Shown: positions 39,167 through 47,052 of the stretch, piece by piece
Position numbering within the stretch: position 1 is the first letter of the stretch
How the letters are laid out: every line of letters starts with the position of its first letter
From: Nitrososphaeria archaeon
GTDB taxonomy: Archaea > Thermoproteota > Nitrososphaeria > Conexivisphaerales > UBA164
Length of the DNA: 50,839 nucleotides
Assembly: GCA_046536595.1 (NCBI GenBank)
Contig: JAWDMM010000005.1
Location: 1-50,839, forward strand
Direction of reading: 5' to 3'
Notes under the pieces: model-generated
The model's input: the letters and a program-made list of their open reading frames with translations, nothing else
The model's database searches: none
What the model was told of the DNA's origin: nothing
Translations under genes and position numbers: made by a program

Positions 39167-39828
39167 AAGATACAAGGTTTATGAAAGAATACTATATAAA
39201 AGAAGTTTTAGAATTTATACCAGTAAAGAGAAAAATATTTGAGATCGGCGCCGGTTATGGAAATTTTACCGTGGAGCTCGCAAAGATTTCAGAATATGTA
39301 AGAGCTTTCGAAATAAACGAAGATCTTTACAGAATACTGTCAAAAAAACTATCAGGAGTAAACAATGTAACTATAATAAAAGGTGATGCGTTTAAGTATG
39401 TTCCAGACCTGGATGAAATAGTTTTTTCAGATTTACCATTCAGCAAATCGAGAGAATTCTTACTATGGATAGCTAAAAACGATATTAAAGAAATATATGC
39501 AGTAGTACAATCAGAATTTTATGAAAAGCTTACAAGCAAACCTGGTACAAAAAACTATACTGGGATATCAGTAATTTTTAATATGCTTTTTAATGCGAAA
39601 AAACTACTTGACATTCCAAGCGAAGCCTACATTCCTCCGCCTCACGTCCACGCATCTTTTTTCGTTGCAAAAAGGATAAAAAATTGCAAAATAGATGAGC
39701 AGCTTTTAACAAATATTATAACTTATATGAGTAAAAGGAATTCTATTTCAAAAAATTTTTCACAAAAAAGGATATTTCAGCTTTCTCCTGAAGAGGTATT
39801 GAGAGATATTGGTGTACAACCCTGCTGA
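39163..39828 (+). CDS. rsmA: KsgA/Dim1 rRNA adenine dimethyltransferase (divergent)
   Basis: EIGAGYG..T, GDA, SDLPF, VQ.EF, Y.PPP.V. Confidence 0.8.
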   Translation: MKDTRFMKEYYIKEVLEFIPVKRKIFEIGAGYGNFTVELAKISEYVRAFEINEDLYRILSKKLSGVNNVTIIKGDAFKYVPDLDEIVFSDLPFSKSREFLLWIAKNDIKEIYAVVQSEFYEKLTSKPGTKNYTGISVIFNMLFNAKKLLDIPSEAYIPPPHVHASFFVAKRIKNCKIDEQLLTNIITYMSKRNSISKNFSQKRIFQLSPEEVLRDIGVQPC

Positions 39829-40306
39829 AGATACATATTTTTTGCTTGATAACATAAAGAACATAAAAGGTAAAGTCTTGGAATTAGGCTGTGGAAGTTG
39901 CTATGTGTTATCAAATATAAATTCGGATTTTAAAGTTGGCTGCGACCTTATAAAACCAGATTCGATTAAAGACGATGTAGAATTTGTTTTAGGGGATTGC
40001 ACAAAGGCACCATTTAGGGAAGGCTCATTTGAACAAATTATCTTTAATCCTCCATACTTACCTTCCGACAAAATAATAGATATTACCGTGGATGGAGGTA
40101 AAGGAGGTGTTGAGGTAGCTCTCAAATTTTTAATCGTAAGTTTAAGGATGGTAAAAAAACCAGGCATAATTCACTTTATTCTTTCTTCTTTATCTGACTA
40201 CGGACGAGTTGAGCAATTTTTAAAGAAAAAAGGGTTAAAATACATAAAAAAACAAAAAGAACTATTTTTTGAAACTCTATATCTTTATACTGTGAATAAC
40301 GTCTGA
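39809..40306 (+). CDS. HemK2/N6AMT1-like methyltransferase
   Basis: Y.PAEDT, ELGCGS, FNPPYLP, DGG..G, FFE.L. Confidence 0.88.
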   Translation: MVYNPAEDTYFLLDNIKNIKGKVLELGCGSCYVLSNINSDFKVGCDLIKPDSIKDDVEFVLGDCTKAPFREGSFEQIIFNPPYLPSDKIIDITVDGGKGGVEVALKFLIVSLRMVKKPGIIHFILSSLSDYGRVEQFLKKKGLKYIKKQKELFFETLYLYTVNNV

Positions 40307-40391
40307 TTTAAGAAAAATTTTCTAAAAACTCAATTCAGAATAGTAAAAACTTCTCGCAAATATTTTAAACAAGGAAGTTTATATATCTTTT

Positions 40392-40763
40392 ATGATAAAA
40401 GAGGCCGTTCACGATATAGTAAAAAGGATAAGTGAGAAATCACGTGAGGTATACGAAGCTATAATGCCGCCTGTTGATATATATGAAGAAGGTACAAATC
40501 TTATAATAGTAGCTGATTTAGCTGGCTTTTCTAAAGAAAATATAAAAGTAACCCTGCACGAAAGCATTCTTACGATTTCTGCTGAAAGAAAAGAACAAGA
40601 AGGGGTTGAATACTTATGGAAGCAAAGGCCTATAAAGGTAAAGAAGATAATTCCATTGCCTGAAGAGGTAGAAAGTGAAAAAGAAATATCAGCAAAATAT
40701 GAGAATGGAACACTTACTGTATCTTTACCGCTTAAAAAGAAGGTACACATTCCTGTTCAGTAA
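40392..40763 (+). CDS. Small heat shock protein Hsp20
   Basis: PVDIYE, ADLAG, AKYENGTL.V.LP. Confidence 0.92.
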   Translation: MIKEAVHDIVKRISEKSREVYEAIMPPVDIYEEGTNLIIVADLAGFSKENIKVTLHESILTISAERKEQEGVEYLWKQRPIKVKKIIPLPEEVESEKEISAKYENGTLTVSLPLKKKVHIPVQ

Positions 40764-40771
40764 AAAATCAA

Positions 40772-41494
40772 TTGAAAATAAGAGGAATTAAGGATATTTT
40801 TTCTTTCTTTACATTATTTCCTTTTAAAGGAGACATTATAAAAGCGTCGAATTCAATATACTTTCTCCCCCTAATATCGTTAGTCGTAGGTCTCGTTTCT
40901 GGGCTTATTAGATTTTATTTGAACAATTTTGCGGGCAGTTTACTGGCATCCATTGTAGCCGTTCTATCAATATATTTGATTACTGGAATTATTCATTTAG
41001 ACGGGTTTGCTGATTTTGTAGATAGCCTCTTCGCTAAAGGAGATAAAGAACAAAGATTAAAAGTTTTAAAAGATCCTCATGTAGGAGTTGCATCTGTCGT
41101 ATCGATCTATTTTTTATTGACATTAATGACTGCCTTAACTTACAAGATAGGCAACAACAGCCTTGTTCGTGATATCTTGTTTTTTACGGCGTCGGACTTA
41201 ATGGGCAGGGCTTCAATAATAGGCAGTTTGTTTGGAAAAAATTATCATGATGGTTTGGGCAAAATATTTGCTACATCCTTTAAACTTAAATACATTTTTT
41301 ATTTTTTGGCCGTGTCTCTTTTATTATTACCTTTAATAAAATTTTTTTACTTGATTATCTTTATAGGGTTTTTAGTCGGTTATTTATTTTATAGGCTTGG
41401 CGTAGAACTATATGGCTCTTCTGGCGGTGATATAATAGGGAGCGCAGTAGAAATTTCAAGGTTGCTGGGGATGATTATAATATGCTTTATATAA
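40772..41494 (+). CDS. cobS: Cobalamin synthase
   Basis: TG.IHLDG.ADF.D, KDPHVG, GD.IG...E. Confidence 0.9.
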   Translation: MKIRGIKDIFSFFTLFPFKGDIIKASNSIYFLPLISLVVGLVSGLIRFYLNNFAGSLLASIVAVLSIYLITGIIHLDGFADFVDSLFAKGDKEQRLKVLKDPHVGVASVVSIYFLLTLMTALTYKIGNNSLVRDILFFTASDLMGRASIIGSLFGKNYHDGLGKIFATSFKLKYIFYFLAVSLLLLPLIKFFYLIIFIGFLVGYLFYRLGVELYGSSGGDIIGSAVEISRLLGMIIICFI

Positions 41495-42015
41495 TGTTGG
41501 CAGGAGGTAAAAGCAAAAGGCTAGGCTTTAATAAACTTCTGATCAGCGTTTGTGGCCTTCCTCTCGTTTGGGTTTCATTTATAAAATATAAAAGTTTAGG
41601 ATTTGATTTAAAAGTGGCTGTTTCAAAGCACACTTCAAATGAAGTCATTTTTCTAAAATTTTTAGGTGCTGAAATAATAGAAACTCCAGGAAAAGGTTAT
41701 TCGGAGGATGTCGGATATTTGCTCAAGCTCTATAAAGAACCAATCGTTTTATTTAGCGCAGATTCGATCTATTTAAAAAAGGAACACATAAAATATTTTT
41801 TGTCAAAAACAGACCATCAAAGTATTAGTGCAGCTGTAAAACGTCGCAATAAAATTGTGTACGTGGGAATGAACTACGCTGTTCCTGGTTGCGAAAAAGA
41901 TAAAATTATTTTTCTTAATGATAAAAAATTATCTTATAGCATAAACGTTATCGAAGATCTGGAGGTATTTAAAAAATGGTTATGGAAAAATGGATGCTAC
42001 TCATTATTTCAATAA
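41482..42015 (+). CDS. cobY: Adenosylcobinamide-phosphate guanylyltransferase-like
   Basis: MLAGGKSKRL, TPGKGY..D, INVIEDL; operon context. Confidence 0.75.
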   Translation: MLYIMLAGGKSKRLGFNKLLISVCGLPLVWVSFIKYKSLGFDLKVAVSKHTSNEVIFLKFLGAEIIETPGKGYSEDVGYLLKLYKEPIVLFSADSIYLKKEHIKYFLSKTDHQSISAAVKRRNKIVYVGMNYAVPGCEKDKIIFLNDKKLSYSINVIEDLEVFKKWLWKNGCYSLFQ

Positions 42016-42869
42016 TCATCGACGCATTTTATGAATATCCAAATTTTGCTCATCCAACAGTTTGGGTTGGAAAAATTATCGTTTATTTTGATAAAAAATA
42101 TAAAAGAAAAGGCAATGAGTACGATTTTATAGCGGGTTCTTTAGTTGCAATTTTTGCATATTCTGTAGCAGCTCTTATAGGTTATGCCGTTTGTAAAGTT
42201 CTTGTTTTTGGCTTGTTTGGGGTTATTCTATATGTGTTCTTTTTGAAATCAACGTTTTCCGTTGGTTTGCTGATTAAAAAAGTAAACGCATGCAGCGTTG
42301 ATGATGAAGAAATTTTAAAGAAGAATGTTTCCGAAATAGTTAGCAGAAATGTAAACATTGGAAAACAATATCTTTATTCTGCAGCTATAGAGTCTGGCGC
42401 TGAAAATCTTGTGGATTCTGTCGTCAGCCCGCTTTTTTACTTTCTAATATTTGGACTTCCAGGTGCGATGGTTTATAGAGCAATAAATACGGCAGATAAC
42501 TTAATAGGTTATAGCGATGTAAACTATAAAAAGTTTGGAAAGTTTGCCGCTTTAGTTGATTATGCGGCTAATTATTTGCCAGCTCGTTTATTTCTATTAA
42601 TTGAATACCTGATATACGGTTCAGGAATTAAGAAAGACATTAAAATAAAAAAGAATCTTAGAATAAACGGCAAATATCCCATGCTTTTGTTTGCTAAAAT
42701 ATTAAACGTTAGACTAATAAAAAAGGGGTATTACGTTATAGGTTCAGGTAAGCTTCCAGATTTGAACGATGTCAAAAAAGCAACGCTTTATCTTATTTTT
42801 ATGTCTTATGTTTTTATACTTATAATTTCTATTCTTTCTTATGTTTACAGTTTACCATGGTGGTGCTAG
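41976..42869 (+). CDS. cbiB: Adenosylcobinamide-phosphate synthase
   Basis: HP.VW.G, IVSR, ESGAENLVD, YRAINT.D..GY, NYLPARL. Confidence 0.9.
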   Translation: MVMEKWMLLIISIIIDAFYEYPNFAHPTVWVGKIIVYFDKKYKRKGNEYDFIAGSLVAIFAYSVAALIGYAVCKVLVFGLFGVILYVFFLKSTFSVGLLIKKVNACSVDDEEILKKNVSEIVSRNVNIGKQYLYSAAIESGAENLVDSVVSPLFYFLIFGLPGAMVYRAINTADNLIGYSDVNYKKFGKFAALVDYAANYLPARLFLLIEYLIYGSGIKKDIKIKKNLRINGKYPMLLFAKILNVRLIKKGYYVIGSGKLPDLNDVKKATLYLIFMSYVFILIISILSYVYSLPWWC

Positions 42870-43821
42870 AGATGATGAAAAAGGTTTAATTGATTTTTCG
42901 CAATCTGTAAACCCTTATTATCCCAGGTTTTTAAAAAAATATCTAAAAGAGGCTGAAATAAACAGATATCCGTATTGTGAAGAAAATTATGAAAACATGA
43001 TTAAAGAAAAGTTAGAGCTTGACGAATTGGAAATCGCAGTGGGTGCTGGCGTTACAGAGCTTCTTTATATGACTTTTTACATGATCAAAAATTACGAAGA
43101 AGTTGTTTTGCTCTCGCATACTTATTCTGAAAATAAAAGGTTATCCTATCTCTTTAACAAAAAACCATTATTTCTAGAAAAACTCGTTCCAAGTCTTGAA
43201 GATTTTGTTTTAAGAAAGAGGACTGTATACTTGATAGTAAACCCCGACAATCCCACAGGCGTTTATTATGGTTTTTTGAAAGCGCTAGCAGAAGAGCTAA
43301 ACGTTCTTGAATCAATGCTTGTTATTGATGAATCGTTCTTGCCATTCACGGAACATCGTAATGAATACATTAAAATGGAAAACGTTATCGCGTTAAGAAG
43401 CTTTACAAAAACTTTTGGTATTCCAGGAATAAGAGTGGGATTTGCTTATGGACCCAAAGATAAAATTTTAAAAATGAAAGAGTTTAGAATGCCATGGTCA
43501 CTAGGAGCTTATGGATGTGCAGCTTTAAAGGGAATACTGAGCGAAGGTGACAGTTTTCTAAATGTAACCCTTAGAAAACTTGAAAAAGAACGCGACAGAA
43601 TTTCAAAAAAATTAAAACTAAAAACTGATGCAAACTTTTTTCTCGCAAAAGTGTCTGATTCAAAAAAGCTCATAAGAGAGCTTCGTGAAAAAGGAATTCT
43701 TGTCAGAGACTGCCAAAGTTTTGGTTTAGAAAACACAATCAGGTTTTCAGTAAGAAAAAGGAACGAAAACGACATGTTGCTTAAAGCTCTTGATAATGCA
43801 GAAATATCTAGCCCTTTCTGA
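42841..43821 (+). CDS. cobD: Threonine-phosphate decarboxylase-like PLP enzyme
   Basis: HGG..DFS.SVNP, NPDNPTG, DESF, RSFTK..GIPGIR.G; cob operon context. Confidence 0.8.
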   Translation: MFTVYHGGARDDEKGLIDFSQSVNPYYPRFLKKYLKEAEINRYPYCEENYENMIKEKLELDELEIAVGAGVTELLYMTFYMIKNYEEVVLLSHTYSENKRLSYLFNKKPLFLEKLVPSLEDFVLRKRTVYLIVNPDNPTGVYYGFLKALAEELNVLESMLVIDESFLPFTEHRNEYIKMENVIALRSFTKTFGIPGIRVGFAYGPKDKILKMKEFRMPWSLGAYGCAALKGILSEGDSFLNVTLRKLEKERDRISKKLKLKTDANFFLAKVSDSKKLIRELREKGILVRDCQSFGLENTIRFSVRKRNENDMLLKALDNAEISSPF

Positions 43822-44065
43822 TGTTTCTGATTAAAGTTCTTTTAACTTTTCTGAGTTCAGTAATACATTCTGGATATTTGCCCTTTAGGTAATATTCATA
43901 AGCAAGCTTCAAGTTGCCGTTACTTTCGTTAGTGAAAGGTATTTCGAGATTATTCTTTATTTTTATTAAAAATATTAACAGCTCAACATTTTCAAAAAGC
44001 TTCCTAACATCTTTCTCCATAATGGCTCTTTCAAACAGTTCTTTTATTTGCTGTTCAGCTTCCAT
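43808..44065 (-). CDS. Small helical hypothetical protein
   Basis: ATG 44065 directly after the archease stop. Confidence 0.55.
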   Translation of the reverse strand: MEAEQQIKELFERAIMEKDVRKLFENVELLIFLIKIKNNLEIPFTNESNGNLKLAYEYYLKGKYPECITELRKVKRTLIRNIRKG

Positions 44066-44066
44066 T

Positions 44067-44489
44067 TTAAAGGTCAACCAAAAACCTAACCTTGCATTTT
44101 TTTTCGTCATTTATTTCCATCAGATGATAAGTTATTCCTTTGACTTCCGTTCTAAAACCGTGCTTTTTTGGTGAATATTTTTCTCCTAAAATTTTTCCTT
44201 TAAGGCTAGGTTCTTTTTTATCTACCAGTATATCAAATTCACCAGCAGCAAATTTTTCTGCAGTTAACTTAATTATCAAGAACTCAAGCCATTTATAAAG
44301 CAAATTTTGCATGTCATAACCTTTGATTTCAACATCCAATCGTTCTCTAAGTTCAACCTTCTTTATGTTGTATACTAGCTTTAAAAGCCCTATAGCAGCC
44401 CCTTTAAAACATTCAGAAATATTTTCTCCAGTAACCTCAATGTATGCATCTCCCATATATTCAAGTTCCCTTATTTGCAAACGCATCAC
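44067..44489 (-). CDS. Archease
   Basis: LLYKWL, GEKY, TEVKGITYH, C-terminal VDL. Confidence 0.9.
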   Translation of the reverse strand: MMRLQIRELEYMGDAYIEVTGENISECFKGAAIGLLKLVYNIKKVELRERLDVEIKGYDMQNLLYKWLEFLIIKLTAEKFAAGEFDILVDKKEPSLKGKILGEKYSPKKHGFRTEVKGITYHLMEINDEKKCKVRFLVDL

Positions 44490-44495
44490 CTAAAT

Positions 44496-44567
44496 TGGAC
44501 CGGGGGGGACTTGAACCCCCGACCTCCCGCGTGCAAGGCGGGCGTTCTACCCCTGAACTACCGGCCC
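44496..44567 (-). tRNA. tRNA-Ala(UGC), no intron, CCA not encoded
   Basis: GGGCCGGTAGTTCAGGGGTAGAACGCCCGCCT-TGC-ACGCGGGAGGTCGGGGGTTCAAGTCCCCCCCGGTCCA; G3:U70 pair. Confidence 0.97.
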
Positions 44568-44756
44568 ATTTGTCTGGCTTATCAGTTTTCTTCATCCCTT
44601 TTGGTCAGTCCGCCCATCGTAAGACAAGCCATTAGACTGGGCTTTTAATGCAGCACTCCAACCTTTTGGTTGGAGTTTCCGGTTCACAGCCGCGCTTTGA
44701 CACACGGTCGTCCCCGGTCATCTTGTCCGTATATCCCACGTAAAGCCGCGTCAGGC
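44568..44756 (-). ncRNA. Candidate structured K-turn RNA (~189 nt) directly 5' of tRNA-Ala
   Basis: GC-rich, three hairpins, paired C/D-like boxes, upstream BRE/TATA. Confidence 0.6.
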
Positions 44757-44777
44757 AAAAAATCTTCCTTAAATTTA

Positions 44778-44793
44778 CTTATAAGCATTTCTG
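44778..44793 (-). promoter_or_regulatory. BRE-TATA promoter for the ncRNA-tRNA-archease unit
   Basis: Minus strand CAGAAA-tg-CTTATAAG, ~29 nt before G44756. Confidence 0.65.
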
Positions 44794-44875
44794 TAAAGGA
44801 CTATTTATTAATTCGCGTAAGGTGACTTACAGAGTTCCTAACCCCATAAATTTAAAAACTAATTGTTTTTGTTTG

Positions 44876-45268
44876 TTATGATTTTATGCGAACTATTTTT
44901 ATTTTGTCCATAACTTTCCAGTATTCTACTTCTTGTCCCTCCTTTATTCTAGGTTTAAGATCTTCCTCCATGTATTCAGCTTCAAGAGTCTGAAAAGTTT
45001 GAAGATCCATAAGCTGCACAACGTTTCCTGTAACGCTAAGTACCTGGCCAGAACCTTTTTCAATGATGGGTACTTCAACCTTTGATTCTGATGGACCCAC
45101 ATAGCTTTTTTTTGCTCCAGTAAATATATCAATCCCTACCAGCCTGACTTTAGCGCTTCCATGTTTTCCAGGTTTGCTTTTTTCAACTTCAACAACTTTG
45201 CAGGGGGAGTTATCGATCATTATGTATGAACCCTCTTTGATATCTCCTAATTCCATTGGTTTTGTCAT
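44876..45268 (-). CDS. eif5a: Translation factor aIF-5A
   Basis: SKPGKHGSAK hypusine motif. Confidence 0.97.
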   Translation of the reverse strand: MTKPMELGDIKEGSYIMIDNSPCKVVEVEKSKPGKHGSAKVRLVGIDIFTGAKKSYVGPSESKVEVPIIEKGSGQVLSVTGNVVQLMDLQTFQTLEAEYMEEDLKPRIKEGQEVEYWKVMDKIKIVRIKS

Positions 45269-45394
45269 ACACCAATGTATACATAACCGGCATTAATTAA
45301 ATTTTTCAAAGATATGCCAAAAATTTAAATTAAATGATATGTGTGCTCTCGTAATATAGAAAGCCTTTTAAAGGCGAAAAAGATCTTTATAAAT

Positions 45395-45456
45395 GCATGA
45401 CGAAACTGAACTGCGTTGATGGCTCTGCCAAATGAAATGATGCACCTCGGCTGATC
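45395..45456 (+). ncRNA. Box C/D sRNA candidate
   Basis: C ATGACGA 45397-45403, 12-nt guide, D' TTGA, hairpin TGGC-tct-GCCA, C'-like AATGAAA, ~13-nt guide, D CTGA 45451-45454; BRE/TATA GAAAgccTTTTAAA at ~45359-45372. Confidence 0.7.
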
Positions 45457-45459
45457 TTT

Positions 45460-46563
45460 ATGCAGAAAAATCAGGTAGAAGAAGGAAACGTAAAAATAGT
45501 AACGAAGATCGGTAATGATACTGCTTTCTATAATCCGTTGGGCGAATTTTCAAGAAGCGTTTTTGTTAAAATTTTCAGCGCGTATGCACTAATGAAAGGC
45601 GGAAATTTAACTTACGCAGAGCCATTTTCAGGAAGCGGGATAAAAGGCATAAGGCTTTCTGTTGAGGGAGGAGGCTTTTCTACTTTTATCTTTAATGATA
45701 TAGATAAAGGAAGTTTAAGGATTACAGAAGAAAACTGGAAAAATAACGTGGTAAATGGAGAAGGAATTTTCTATAACCTTGAGGCAAACGATTTTTTTCA
45801 GATTTTGGTCAACAAGGGAAGAGTCGACGGTTTAGATGTCGACCCTTTTGGCTCATCGTCGCCTTACATTTTTAACGCAATAAGGGCAGTTAGAGGTGGA
45901 GGGCTAATCTCTTTTACTTTTACAGATACACAGGTTTTGGGCGGGATACATTCAGAAGCGCTGGAAAAAAGGTATCACATTAGGGCAAAAAAAGTGCAGT
46001 TTCTAAAAGAGCTCCAGGCAAGGATCGCAATAACTAACGTGATTTTAGAAGCTTCAACAATCAATATAGCGGCATTTCCTGTTTTTGCCCATGTAGACAA
46101 ACATTATATAAGAACATACTACATTATAAAGCCAAAAGCTTCTCTCTCTAGCACACTGATTAAAAGTATAAAGTATATAACTACTAGCGATTGTGGTTAT
46201 AGTTCATTAGAAGAATCTTTTTACTGTCCTTACTGTGGTAAGCCTACAGATAACATAGGACCTTTATACATCGGTAATATATTTAACAAAGATCTAATTA
46301 AAAAAGCGCATGAATTATCTGAAGACTGTAAAAGGTGTTCTGAACTTTTTGAAATAGCTTTAGAAGAAAACGATAATATCCCATTTTATTATGATACTAG
46401 GTATCTGGCTTCCATGCTAAGAACAACAACGCCTTCAAAAAATATATTACTAGAAAGGTTAAGAACTTCAGGTTATAAATCATCACGGACAGTTTTTTGC
46501 CCAACTGGGCTTAAAACCTGCGCACCTTTTGGTATTTTAGAATCATTGTTTTATGTTAAATAG
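45460..46563 (+). CDS. trm1: tRNA (guanine26-N2)-dimethyltransferase
   Basis: FYNP, SGSGIKGIR, DVDPFGSS, TDT..L.G, HYIR, GPLY.G. Confidence 0.92.
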   Translation: MQKNQVEEGNVKIVTKIGNDTAFYNPLGEFSRSVFVKIFSAYALMKGGNLTYAEPFSGSGIKGIRLSVEGGGFSTFIFNDIDKGSLRITEENWKNNVVNGEGIFYNLEANDFFQILVNKGRVDGLDVDPFGSSSPYIFNAIRAVRGGGLISFTFTDTQVLGGIHSEALEKRYHIRAKKVQFLKELQARIAITNVILEASTINIAAFPVFAHVDKHYIRTYYIIKPKASLSSTLIKSIKYITTSDCGYSSLEESFYCPYCGKPTDNIGPLYIGNIFNKDLIKKAHELSEDCKRCSELFEIALEENDNIPFYYDTRYLASMLRTTTPSKNILLERLRTSGYKSSRTVFCPTGLKTCAPFGILESLFYVK

Positions 46564-46672
46564 AGTTTAATTTGCTGAAATGGTTTTAGTACGGAATGTA
46601 CAACAGTTTTAAAAATTATTTAATTAAAGCATTAAAGTTTTTTAAAGCTAAAGCAATACTTTAAAATTTAAC

Positions 46673-47003
46673 ATAACTGTGTTAAGGAGGCGGAAGTCCC
46701 CTTCTGCAAGCTGTAAACAGCCTCCTTATAGAAATGTTCTTTAAAGCCTTCAGCTAATGATCTTTACAGACATAAACTGCTCCGAAAGCCATGCAGAATT
46801 CGATCGGGGGAATCTGCGATGCCTCAGATAAGTATAGCACTTCGACCAAGTGTAATCAGCAATAACGGAGCTCTGCATGTGGAACGCAGGCTAGACGCCC
46901 AGGGATGATCGCGCCAATATGGTGGAATACCTTGCGAACATTTCTCATGTGAAAACGTGATAGTGAACCGGGAAGCTTTGAGCTTACGTTCAGGGTAGTT
47001 AAC
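46673..47003 (+). mobile_element. Non-coding IS200/IS605-like mini-element, copy E
   Basis: Preceded by TTAAC, ends GTTAAC; highly similar to copy C. Confidence 0.85.
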
Positions 47004-47052
47004 GAATCATAAAGAATGATTATAAATATGTGGGATTGAAAGATTTACAGCC

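Noticed and set aside
44568-44756. RNase P RNA, SRP RNA or cobalamin riboswitch
   Set aside because: Lacks the RNase P 3' P4 strand, the SRP helix-8 motif and the B12 box; the cob genes are on the other strand.
3202-47003. Repeats as a CRISPR array
   Set aside because: Dispersed ~330-bp copies, no repeat-spacer periodicity, no cas genes.
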